A stretch of 64,000 nucleotides of DNA, from positions 1,364,001 through 1,428,000 of the forward strand of contig JABVCE010000008.1 in assembly GCA_014905635.1 (NCBI GenBank). The letters are read 5' to 3'. The translations under genes and the position numbers were made by a program. This DNA is from Scenedesmus sp. PABB004. Taxonomy: Eukaryota. The first letter of the stretch is position 1, and every line of letters begins with the position of its first letter. Under the pieces are notes generated by a model that was given only the letters and a program-made list of their open reading frames with translations, searched no databases and was not told the origin of the DNA. Shown piece by piece: positions 13,192 through 24,050 of the stretch.

Positions 13192-14831
13192 TCACTCGCC
13201 GTCGGAGTCAAACTTGTAGGAGAAGGTCGCCGCCGGGTCGATCGCGCCGCCCTTGTAGCTGCCGCGCTTCTTCTTGGTCTTCTCGTGCCGGAAGTCCTTG
13301 CCGCGCACCGCGCCGAGCACCTGCTGCGCCTTGAAGCCCCAGCCGCTGCGGCGGGCACGGGGCGCGGGGCGCGGCGTCGGTGGGTGTCGGCGGGCGTCGG
13401 CGCTGCGCGGCGGGCGTCGGCGCTGCGCGGCGGCGGCGCGTCGCGCGCGCCGCGCGCGCGCGGCGCGGCCGGCGCCCCCGGCGCGGCCGGCGCCCCCACC
13501 GCGGTCACCCACGCTGCGAGCACCGCGCGTACTCACGCCTGGCCAAAGGTGTCCTCGTAGTGGTTGCTCTGGCTGCCCTTCTTGCCCACCCACTCGTGGT
13601 CGTGCACGCGCTTAAACGCCTTGGCGCCGCTCGGCGTCTGCGCAGCGCCGCGGCGCGCAGCGGCAGGGTCGGCGGGCGCGGCGGCGGCGCGGCGCGGCGG
13701 CCACGCGGCGCGGCGCGCGGCGCGCGGGGCGGCGTCGCGGGCGCGGCGCGCCCGCACGCACCTTCTTGCCGTTGGCGTCGGGCTCCGACTCGCCGCCGCT
13801 CTTGGCGCCGTTGGCCTCGCCGTCGCTGCCGGCGGCGTCGCCGTTCTGCTGCGCCTTGGCCGCGGCGGCCTTGGCCGCGGCCTTGGCTGCCTTCTTGGCC
13901 GCCTTCTTGGCCGCCTTGTCGTCCGCCGCGGGCTCCTCGGCCGCCGCCGCCTCCGCCGCCGGCTCCTCGGCCGCCGCCTTGGCCGCCTTCTTGGCCGCCT
14001 TCTTGGCCGCCTTGTCCTCGGCCGCGGGCTCCTCGGCCGCCGCCGCGGGCTCCTCGGCCGCCGCCTTGGCGGCCGCCGCCGCCGCCGCTGCGGCCTTGGC
14101 GGCCTTCTTGGCCTTCTTGCCGCCCTGCTGCGGCGCGGGCTCCGCCGCGGGCTTGGCCGCCTCGGCCGCGGGCTTGTCTGCCTGGGCCTCCGCCTGCGCC
14201 TGCGCCTGCTTCTTCTGCTTCTTCGCCGGCGGCTGCTCCGACGCCGGCGCGGGCTGCTTGGCGGGCGTGGACTGCTTGGCCGGCGCCGGCGCCGCTGCGC
14301 CGCCTGCCTCGCCGGCGCCCGCGGCGGCGCCGGCGCCGCCGCCCGCGGCCGCCGCGGCCTTGGCCTGCTTCTTGGCGAACTTCTTGGCGCGCTTGCGCTC
14401 GCGCGCCTCAAACTTGGCAATCTGCGCGCGCGCCTTCTCCGCCTGCGTGCCGCCCGCCGCCAGCATCGCCTGCAGCCGCTCCTCGCGCTTGGCCACGCGC
14501 TTCTCCTTCTCCAGGCGGTACTTCTCGGGGTTGCGCTTGACCTGGCGGCCCGGCGGCGGTGCGCCGGCCGCGGCAGCAGCGGCGGCGTCGGCCGGCGGCG
14601 GCCGCCGGCGGCTGCCACGCGCGCGCGCGGCCCGCGGCGCGCCCCAGCCGCTCCGTCAGCGAACGCGGGCGCTGCCGCGGCCGGCCGACCCGCGCCGGCG
14701 CCGGGCGGCCGGGCGGCGCATCGAAGCCTCTCGGCGCGCACCTTCACCGCCGGCGCCGCGCCGCCCTTCTTGGCCGCCTTCTTGAGGGCCTTCTTCGTGG
14801 CCTTCGCGGACTTCTTCTTAGCCTTGCCCAT
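13192..14831 (-). CDS. SRP40/Nopp140-like nucleolar protein, Lys/Ala-rich with SRP40 C-terminal domain, 4 exons
   Basis: C-terminus AFKRV...WGFKAQQVLGAVRGKDFRHEKTKKKRGSYKGGAID...SYKF. Confidence 0.92.
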
Positions 14832-15203
14832 CGCGAGCTGGACCGCGCGTGGCACGAACAGGGCGGCGCAGGTGCCGGCTCTCGCGCTCGCTCGCTCGTT
14901 CGGCGGCGGGGCAGGGCTGGCGCGGAAGGCCGGTGGCCGATACGCGACGCGCGGGGGGACGCTGCCCGCGCCCCGGCGGCGAAGAACCGCTGCGCAGGCC
15001 GCTACAGCGCTGCAGCAAGCGCGGGTGCCGCCGCGCGCCGCCGGCTCTCCCGCCGCCGTTCGGTTGCGTTTGCGGTTGCTTTACTCAGCCGCCGCGCCAG
15101 GCGGCAGCACGCGCAGCCCCGAAGCTGGCGTGCGCACGCGGCGCACAGCGGTCACACCGCTGAAACGGCAGCGGTGGCCCGCCGGCCGCCCGTGCTCAGC
15201 TGC

Positions 15204-15371
15204 TCAGCCGCCGCCCGCCGGCACGCCCTTGTCCGCCTGCCCCGCGAGCTCCATCAGGTTCTGCTGCAGCTTGGCGCTCCACCTGCGCCGGCGCGGCAGG
15301 CGGCGCGGCGGCGGACGCCTGGCGCCGCTGCCGGACGCTGCCGCAGCTGGCGCCGTCGCCGCCGGCTGCCG

Positions 15372-15406
<35 letters not shown>

Positions 15407-15534
15407 CTGCGGCAGCGGCCCGCGCACCCGTCCACGAGCGCCTGCGTGGCGGGGTCCAGCCCACCCGGCGCCGCCTGCTGCGCGGCGACGATCTTGCTCA
15501 GGAAGTCGTGGTTCTCCTCCAGCTTCTGCGGCGG

Positions 15535-15565
<31 letters not shown>

Positions 15566-15666
15566 GCGCGTCGGCGGCAGAGGAACAGCGGCGGCGGCGC
15601 CCCGCGGCGACGCGGCCGCGCCTGCTGGATGGCGGCCGTGCTGAGCTGCTGCTGGGGCGCGGCCAT
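15204..15666 (-). CDS. GIF/SS18-like SSXT-only mini-protein (~75 aa); exons 15666-15622, 15525-15428, 15282-15204
   Basis: LSTAAIQQKLEENHDFLSKIVAAQQ...WSAKLQQNLMELAGQAD matches the SSXT consensus (IQxxLDEN...LQxNLMYLAxxAD). Confidence 0.85.
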
Positions 15667-16036
15667 GGGCGCCGCCGCAGCGGCGCCACGCCGCACGCGC
15701 TCGCGGCGCGCGCTGTTCGCAGCGGGGCGGCCGGAGCAGCGGCGGCGGCAGCGGCAGCGGCGGCGTTGCAGGGAGGGCGGTGTGATCCGGGTGTCGTTGT
15801 GATCCGGGTCGGGGTGCAGCCGCGCCACGGCGGCTCCTCGCGGGTCCACGCGGCACGTGACGGCGTCGCAAGGCGCGCAAAAAGCGCCGCCGCGCTCCTG
15901 CCCATCCTGCCAGCTCGCCCGCTTCCCCCGCGACCTGCCCGAGGTCCTTGGAGCGCCCCCCGCACACGCGGTGGCGGAGGCGCGCGGCGGCGGCGGCGCC
16001 ACAACAGTGGCGGAGCGCGGCGCGCCGCCCGCTGCG

Positions 16037-18029
16037 ATGCAGCAGCCGCCCGCTGCGGTGCAGCAGCGGACGGCGTGGGCCGCTGGGCTCACGGTCACGA
16101 CATCGGCGATGCCGGCGGCTGACCGCGCCGCTGTGCGGCAAGAGGTGGAGGCGTCCGGTGGCAGGTGGGCCGCTGCCGCGCGCCGGCGCCCACCGCGTCG
16201 CCGGCGCCCACCGCGCCGCGCCGCGCCCGCCCAGGTTCTCGCCCAACCTCAGCCGCCGCACGACCCACCTGGTCACGCCCGAGGTCGTGCGCGGGGGCGC
16301 GTCGGCCAAGCTCGACGCCGCGCGGCGCGGCGCGTACCCGGGCCTGCGCGTGGTGACCGAGCGCTGGCTGGCGGCGAGCATCGACATGCGGCGCCGCGCG
16401 GACGAGGCCGGCTACGCGCCGCGCCTGCCCGGCGACCAGGTGGGCGCGCGCGCCGGCACGGCAGCTGCGCGCGCGCCGCACGCCTGCCCGGCGACCAAGC
16501 AGCTGCGCGTGCGCCGCGCGCCGCGCCCACCCGCCCCGCTCGCGCGCGCAGGACCCCCTGGCGGCGCCGCCGGCGCCGGGGGCGGCGGCGGCGCCGGCCG
16601 GCGGCGGCACGGGCGCCGCGCCGCCCGGCAGCGTGGCCGGCACGCCCGCGGCGCGCGGCGGAGCGGCGGCGCCGCCGGGCACGCCGTGGCTGGTGCACTT
16701 TTCGCAGCTCCCCGGGGACAGCGTGCATGGCATGCCCGAGCTGCCCAGCCCCTCGGCGCACCAGGCGCTCGCGCAGCAGCTGCAGGCGCTGCCGCTGCCG
16801 CCCGTTGCTGAGACCTGCAGCGGCAGCCCAAGCCCCAGCCCGGAGGCGCCGCGCGGCGGCTGGGCGAGCGCGGCGCGGCCCCCGCGCAGCCCGGCCGACG
16901 CTGGCCCCGGCCCGCCGTCTGCGCGGGCAGCGGCTGCGTCGGCGGCCACACCGGAGGCGCCGCAGGCCGGCGCTGCGGCGCGCCGGGCTGGCTGCAAGCC
17001 CCCGGCGCTGCGCCTGCCCGGCGGCGGCTCGCAGGAGCAGTCGGTCGCACGCGCCGCCCCCGGCGGGCCAGCGACTAGCGCCGGGCTGCGACACGGGGGC
17101 GCCCAGGCGTCCCTGCAGCGGCTAGCACAGGGGACGAGCAGCAGCCTCAGCTGGCCCGGCTCGCTGCTGGCCAGCCCAGGCGCGAGCGCCGCCGCGAGCC
17201 GCAGCCCGGCGGCGCCGCAGCTGGACAGCGGCGTGGATGCGCTGCTGCAGGGCCTGCTGGGGCTGGACGCGCGCGCACTCAAGCGCCTCAGCACGCAGGG
17301 CTACAACAGCACCGCGGCGGGGCCTGCTGAGGACGGCGGCGCGCGCGAGGAGCCGCAGCTGGCCGCCGGCGCGCGGTGGGGGGCCGTCGGCGCGGTGGTC
17401 GCTGCGCTGCGCCGCGCCACCGGCGAGAGCCGGCGCGGCACGCACGACGACGCGGGCACAGTCGGCAACAGGTTGCCTGTGCCGGCGGGTGCGCAGCCGG
17501 CACAGCGTGGCGGCAGCAGCGGGGGCGAGGCTGGTGGCGACAGCATCACGGGCGGCAGCTTCGACGGCCTGATCAGCGCGCTGCGCCGGGTGACCGACAG
17601 CAGCAGGCGGAGCACGGCGGAGGGGCCTGGCACCCCACGGCCGGTCGACGCGGCCGACGTCGAGGGGGTGAGCTTGTGTGGCGGCAGCAGCAGCGTGGGC
17701 GACCTGCTGGGCGCGCTGCGCCGCGCCACGGGCGACAGCCGGCGCAGCACCGCCGAGGTGGAGGCGCGGGCATCCGCCGTGCAAGCGCCGCCAGCAGCCA
17801 GCGAGGCGAGCCTGGAGCAGCTGGCCGCAGCGCTGCGCCGCGCAGCCGCGGGAGCCCAGCAGCAGGCGGCGCCTGCGCAAGGCACGCCGGCCCGCACGCT
17901 GGCCAGCGCCGCGACCACCAGCGGCAGCGCGCTGCACGCACCCACACCGACCAGCGTGCCGCCTGTGCGCACGGACGTACAGAGCCTGATCCAGGCCCTC
18001 CGGAGGACCACTGACAGCTTGCTCACCCC

Positions 18030-18082
<53 letters not shown>

Positions 18083-19339
18083 GTGTGAGCGGCGCTGGTG
18101 GGGACGCCGTCAGGCGCACGCCAGGGCAGCCAGCGGCGATGGGTGCGTGGGCAGCGGCGCCGGCCGGCACGAGCCCTGCGGTGCCGGACGGCACGCGCCC
18201 AGCGGCGCCCGCTGGCACGAGCCCAGCAGCCGAGCGCGCGGCGCTGCTAGCAGAGGTACCGGCGCAGGCCTCGGCGCTGCCGGCCGCCGCGTCGAGCGGC
18301 GGTGGCGTCGACCAGCCGCCCGCCCCTGGCGCGCTGGCGCTGAGCGCCATCGCGGCTGTGCTTGCCCCCAGTCTCCCTGAGGGCCTGCGGGCAGAGCTGC
18401 GCGCGGCGCTGGAGGGAGCAGGCGGCACGGTGGTGGACGGCCAACCCCACCTGGCGTGCGGCGCCAACCTGGTGGTCGCGGAGCCCGCGGATGCGGGCGA
18501 GTGGCTGCAGCTGCTGGTGGGCGTAGTCTCGCCCGCCTGGCTGCTGCGTGCCTGCCGGCAGCCGCCGCAGCAGCAGCAGCAGCTGGTGCGGTTGTCGCCA
18601 GACATCGCGAGAGCGCTGGGGCAGCAGCTCGCCAGCGCTGCCGAATGTGCGTCGCCCCGGGAGAACGCCGTGGCCGGCGGCGGTGATGATGGCCGCAGCA
18701 GCATTGTCTGCAGCGCCAGTTGTGAGCATTCCGGCGCCGAGGCGGAGCTGCTGGAGGTGCTGGCGGTGCCCGAGGGCGCCGGGGCGGGGGACGGCCTCCT
18801 GGCTGCCGACGCGAGCGCCGCCGCGCCGCGCCGGCAGCTGCTGCTGCCGCCGACGGCACTGGAGAGCCTTTCGTGGTCGGTGGACGAGGCCCCCAGGTGC
18901 CGGCCGCGGGGCCTGGGCGGCCGCGGGCGGGGCCTGGGCGCGCGGGGGGGGGGGGGGGCTGCGGTCCGCCGGCGGCTCCGCGGCCGACGCCCGCGCCGCC
19001 GCCGTGCCGCCGCCGCGCAGCGCGGTCGGGCCCGAGGAGGCTGAGGCGGTGGTCTTCCCGGGCGCGGCGAGGGTGACGCTGCTGCTGCCGGGCGGCGGCG
19101 AGCGGGGCCACGCAGCGGCCGCGTGCGCCGCCACCTCGCCGGGGCGCGGCGTGGCGTGCGGCGACGTGCTGCGCGCCATACACGAGCACTACCAGCAGCG
19201 CGTCTGGCTGGCGCCGCACGCGGGGGCGGCGGTGGTGGTGCGCGCCGAGCTGCTCGGCAGCCGCCGCCTGCTGGGCGGCCTCGTGCGGGCGACGCGCGAC
19301 GCTGGCGCGCGCGTGTACGAGGTCTGCCTGCAGGGGTGA
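16037..19339 (+). CDS. BRCT-domain protein (two BRCT-like domains plus a conserved green-lineage C-terminal domain); exons 16037-16164, 16235-16439, 16552-18896, 19021-19339
   Basis: EASGGRFSPNLSRRTTHLVT...VVTERWL (BRCT); second LEGAGG...VVSPAWL; C-terminal GVACGDVLRAIHEHYQ...RAELLGSRR...VYEV resembles plant BRCT DNA-repair proteins. Confidence 0.8.
18031..18081 (+). repeat. (CAG)17 polyglutamine tract in the BRCT gene
   Basis: Seen directly. Confidence 0.95.
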
Positions 19340-20042
19340 TCAGGGCCGGGCCAGGCCGCCGCCGGTCATCGCGCACTGAACGCCGCCTCGCGAGTGCGCG
19401 GACCGCCGGCGGTCAGCCGTCTTTAACGCGCTGCCGTTGCGCTGCGCCGCGCGGCGAGGCAAGGCCCGCTGCCCGCCGCCGCTCCGCCAAACCCTGACCG
19501 GACAGGAGACCGTGTTCCCTTGCGCGTGCAGGCCGTCCAACGCAGCAGCTGTTTTCTGCCCTACTGCACCGCAGCGCGCGGCTGAGCCACCCCAGCGCCC
19601 CGCGCAGTAGCGTCTTTGGACGGCAGCTGTCCACACCGATCCGGGCGCGGCCTGCAGCTGCCGCACCGCGCGGCGAGGGGCGCTGCATCGTGCGCCCGGG
19701 CCGCTCAGGAGGGGGCGCCGGCGCGCGATCGTGCTGTCAGAGCTGCTCTACGGACCAAGGCCAGCTGCTGGGCTGGGCGCCAGGCGCGGGTGAGGCGGCG
19801 CGGGGTCGCGGCAGCATCCTGCTCGCCATCTGCGAGCTGCCGCCGGCGCGGCGACCGTCGCCGCCCGGGGCCGCCGCGGCGGGGAGGGCCGCAGCGACCG
19901 CAGTGTCCGCTCGCTGACCGGCGCCTGCGCCGCGGCTCGCCGTTGCAGAGCGGCACGTCGTCGCCGGGCGATGTGGCCGTGAGGTCTGCGCCGGAGCTCG
20001 CGGGAGCTCGAGATGCACCACCACCTGACCGTTCGCTCAATA

Positions 20043-21431
20043 ATGGCGCTGCTGGCGCTGGCGCTGGCTCTGAGCTGCGCCGGCACCGGCGCCGCGGCGC
20101 CGCAGCAGCACCTGTCGCACGGGCGGCGCGGCCTGCGGCAGGCTGAGGATGCGGCGCCGGACGAGGCGCCGGCGCTGGAGCAGCAGCTGCAGCAGCAGCT
20201 GCAGCAGCAGCAGGAGCAGGAGCAGCAGCAGCAGCGCGCGCAGGCGACGCCGCCGGCGGCGTGCGGGGCGGCCGCCGCCGCCGCGTGCAGCGCGCGCGGG
20301 CTGTCGTGCGTTGCGCCGGGGCGCTGCGCGCGGCCGTGCTCGCGCAGCGCGCAGTGTTCCGGCCTCTCTGCGACGCCGTTCTGCGTCGACGGGGTCTGCC
20401 AGGCGCGCTGCGCACGCGACGCGCACTGCGGCGGCCGGCCCGGCACGCCGTTCTGCGTGGCGGGCACCTGCCGGCGGCGCATGTGCAGCACCGACCGGCA
20501 CTGCGCCGGCCGGAACGGCGGGCGCACGCCCTACTGCAGCCGCGTGGAGGGCGAGCCGGCGTGCGTGGAGTGCCGCGACGACAGCGCCTGCGGCAACAGC
20601 ACCACCGGCACCGCGTGCGACCTGCTGCACGGGCGCTGCGTGCAGTGCGTGCGCGACGAGCACTGCGCCGCGTCGACGCCGCGCCCAGGGCCGTGGGCGG
20701 GCGGCTCGTCGGCGCCGGCGCACCAGGCCGTCATGGTCTGCACCAACTACGCGTGCGAGCTGCAGCCGGAGGTCTTCGAGCCGAGCCCCAGCCCGAGCCC
20801 CAGCCCGAGCCCGAGCCCGAGCCCGGCCGCCGAGGAGCTGCCGCCGCCCGCGTCGCCCATCCCTTGGTCGCCCGCGCCGTGCGCGGCCGACGCCGACTGC
20901 CCGCGCGATCGCTTCGGCCCCGCGCAGCTCTGCCGCGAGGGCCGCTGCGTGGAGTGCGAGAGCGACGCCGGCTGCCCCGTCAACCCGCTGGCCAAGGCGC
21001 GCGGGGCGTGCGTGGGGGGGCGGTGCGAGGAGTGCGCGAGCAACGCGGACTGCCCCAAGCGCATGTTTGAGCCGAGCGGCGTGTGCTCCCTCGCGACGCG
21101 CAAGTGCGTGCAGTGCGCGGGCGAGCCCGACTGCCGCACCGCGTTCAACCCCGCCAAGGGCTTTGTGTGCGTGTCGGGCGCGTGCGAGCTGTGCGGCACC
21201 GACGCCGACTGCTGCGGCTACGCCGGCGTGGTCGGCCTCGGCCCCTACTGCGTGGCCGGCAACTGCGCGGTCAAGGGCCGGCCCTGCGCGGCCGACGCGG
21301 ACTGCGCCTACGCCGCCGCCGACGGCAGCTGCTCGTGCACCATGCGCACCGGGTGCCCCGCGCCCAAGTGCGTCGAGGGCGTGTGCGACTCGGGGCTGGA
21401 GCCGCTGCGCCGGCGGCGCGTGTTTGCGTGA
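20043..21431 (+). CDS. Secreted cysteine-rich repeat protein with an (SP)n hinge, intronless
   Basis: Signal peptide MALLALALALSCAG; repeated C-V-[EQ]-C-x2-D-x2-C units; PSPSPSPSPSP. Confidence 0.85.
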   Translation: MALLALALALSCAGTGAAAPQQHLSHGRRGLRQAEDAAPDEAPALEQQLQQQLQQQQEQEQQQQRAQATPPAACGAAAAAACSARGLSCVAPGRCARPCSRSAQCSGLSATPFCVDGVCQARCARDAHCGGRPGTPFCVAGTCRRRMCSTDRHCAGRNGGRTPYCSRVEGEPACVECRDDSACGNSTTGTACDLLHGRCVQCVRDEHCAASTPRPGPWAGGSSAPAHQAVMVCTNYACELQPEVFEPSPSPSPSPSPSPSPAAEELPPPASPIPWSPAPCAADADCPRDRFGPAQLCREGRCVECESDAGCPVNPLAKARGACVGGRCEECASNADCPKRMFEPSGVCSLATRKCVQCAGEPDCRTAFNPAKGFVCVSGACELCGTDADCCGYAGVVGLGPYCVAGNCAVKGRPCAADADCAYAAADGSCSCTMRTGCPAPKCVEGVCDSGLEPLRRRRVFA

Positions 21432-22371
21432 CCGCTGCCGCCGCGGCTCGGCGCAGCGCTTGGGCCCGAGGCTCGGGCTTCAGGCGGCAGCAGTGACTGT
21501 TGCCAGCACCCTGCGCCGGTATCGGTCAGCGTCGGTTGAGCGTTTCTTGGTCAAGGGCTTGAACACCATGTGGCGCAGCAGGCGGGCAGGCGGGCGGGAG
21601 GGGATCGATGTGCGTCGGCGCGGCCCCGAGGCTCGCCAGCCAGCGCGCGTGTGTGTGTGCCGGCGGGCCGCGCGGCTGCCGCGAGCGCGCGCCAGCAGCG
21701 CTGCACGCCCTCGGCCGCCCTGAGTGCGCCCCCACGGGGCGCTGGGTGCGCGCGCACGCGCCGCGCACCTGCAGCCGGGGCTGTGTGTGTGCTCTTCGTT
21801 GACTCATAGTTTTTACGGCATGCATTCCAGGGCGCGCCACCTCGCACTGCGCACTGCGCACTGCAGTGCACTCGACCCCGCAGCCGCGGGAGCGCCCCTG
21901 CGTGTGTGTGCCCCCTGACGCACCACGAACCTAGCCAGCAGGCGGAAACGCAACGGGCGTGTCTTTTCTTTGTCCGGCACGCAGCACGCCCACCGGGCGC
22001 ACTGCAGCACCAGATCACGCGGCCCTCGGCCGACCCTCACGCGTCACCCTTGGCATCTGCGGTATGGTTATATGGGTTGGTCGGCGGAAAATGACGCAGG
22101 TGCTCCAGAAAGCAGTAGAATCAGAATCAAGAACAGGGTGTGGTGCAACACGGTCTGGGGGCGGGGTGGCAGGGAAGGGGGGGGGGGCTGCCTATTTGTC
22201 GCCGGGCGTGCGCGGGCGAAACAACCGCGGCCGGGGCGCACGGCAGGGAGTGTGGGTGACGGCGTGGGTCGGGCGGGCGCTCGCTCGGCGTGCAACTTTT
22301 GTTTGCCGCTGATTTGACGCCCGCGCGCAGCCCGCGCGCGCTGCCCGCCAGCAGCCAGCCAGCCCCGCACG

Positions 22372-22609
22372 CTAGCCCGCCGCGCGCGCGCTGCGCGCGC
22401 CGCCGCCAAAGCCCGCGGCTCGCGCCCACGCGGCGCCGTCGCGGAGCCCCGTGGCGAAGAGCATGTCCAGCGTGGCGTCGTCGGGGATGGCCAGGCCGAG
22501 CGCGTTCCAGGCGGCGTCGCTGCGGTCGAGCGGGCCGGACAGCCCCGGGAAGATGTCCGCGCGCGGCGTGGGCGCCACGATCGGGTCGAGCGGCAGCAAG
22601 GGGTCTGCC

Positions 22610-22670
<61 letters not shown>

Positions 22671-23649
22671 GGCCCGCTCGTGATGGCGGCCGCCTGGCCT
22701 GGCCGGGCGGCCGGGCGGCCCTGAGGGAACCACGCTGCAGCTGGTCCCTGCGCGCGGCCCCGGCTCGCGCGCGCCCGCACCGGGGCCGCTGGCGTTGCGG
22801 CCGGCGACGAGGAGCTGCAGTGTTGAGCTGGCGCCCGCGGGCGCGCCGGGCGCGGGTTTGGCGTGCGGCGCGCTCGCGTTGGCCGGCGGGCTCGCGGCCA
22901 CGCGCACGCAGACCGCCACGCCTGCGCGGCGCCGGGCGCGGGGCGGGGCGCTGGGCCACGCGCGCGCGCGCGCGCGGGGCCCCGCAGGCGCCTGCCGCCG
23001 GCTGGCGGCGGCGGGCTGCCGCGTGGCGGGCCCCGTCGCGCCCGGGCGTGCGCGCACCGGGCGGGCAGGGCAGCGGCAGGCTGAAGCCGCCGTCGTAGAC
23101 GGGCTCGCCGTCAAAGCGCGTCGTCGCGTTGGGCCCGCTCCAGAACGGCAGGTAGGCGGACCCCGCCAGCGCGTCCACCAGCTGCGCCCGGCTGGTGAAG
23201 TTTGTCGCCAGCAGCGGCACGTCGCGCTGGCGCGCCCGCGCCAGCGTGAGCCCGACCGCGAGCCGCCCCGTGCAGCGCGCGGCGGCGTCGGCCGGCAGCA
23301 GCGCGTCCAGGGCGCCGCGCACCGCGCGGTCGAGGTCGCCGCGGCAGGCGAGGCTCGGCCGGCAGCGCGCCGCCAGCGCCAGGTTGGCCGCGCGCTGCCG
23401 CTCGGGCGGGACGCCCGCGCACACCGCCGCCGCCGTGAGCGCGCCGCCGGAGCTGCCCGCCACGTGCGTCGAGGAGGCCGAGAGTGCTCCTGCAGCTTGA
23501 AGGCTGGCGACGACGCCGGTGAAGTAGAGTATAAGGAAGCCGCTGCCCGAAAAGCCGACGCCAAGCGTCCCCGCGGCACTGCCCGCTGCCGCGGCAGCAG
23601 CGGCGGCGAGCGGCGACGTGCCGTTGCCGTTGCCGGCGAGCGCGCCCAT
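22372..23649 (-). CDS. Patatin-like phospholipase (PNPLA/ATGL-like), 3 exons
   Basis: GFSGSGFLILYFTGV oxyanion motif, GSSGG nucleophile motif, DGG catalytic motif. Confidence 0.9.
22610..22668. repeat. (GGC)n tract in a patatin intron
   Basis: About 19 GGC units seen directly. Confidence 0.9.
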
Positions 23650-24050
23650 GCTGCTGCTCGACCGCGTTATCCAGCGACCAGCTCGTCGCAGACGTCAAAC
23701 CTCGCCGCACACGCGAGCCGCGCGGCACGGGAGGCCGCAGCAGCGGGGTGACGCGGCGCGGTGCGCGGCGGCGGGCGAGCGCGAGCGCGCACGGAGAGGC
23801 GCGTTGTGGCCGCCGCGTGGGCGCGCGTGTGGAGGGCCAGCGGGGCGCGGGCATGCGGCTCAGGGCGATGACACGGCGGCGGCGCCGGCGCCTGCTCGCT
23901 TTCTCGCCCCGCCTCCGTGGCTCCAGGTTACCGTGTGTGGCGCTAAGGCGCCGCGCCGCTGCATGTCAAAGTCCCCGCCGCCCAGGTCAAGCGGCGGCGC
24001 GGCGCCTGCCGTGGCCGCGGGCGCCGCGGGATCGCGCCGCCGCGCCGCGC

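Noticed and set aside
13564..16122. Long Arg/Ala/Pro-rich ORFs (852 aa here, also 24421-27450 and 36202-38733)
   Set aside because: Shadow or intron read-through frames caused by stop-codon scarcity at extreme GC
21900..22320. AT-richer patch, possible ncRNA or transposon remnant
   Set aside because: No tRNA, snRNA or snoRNA motifs, terminal repeats or ORF recognisable; may be UTR
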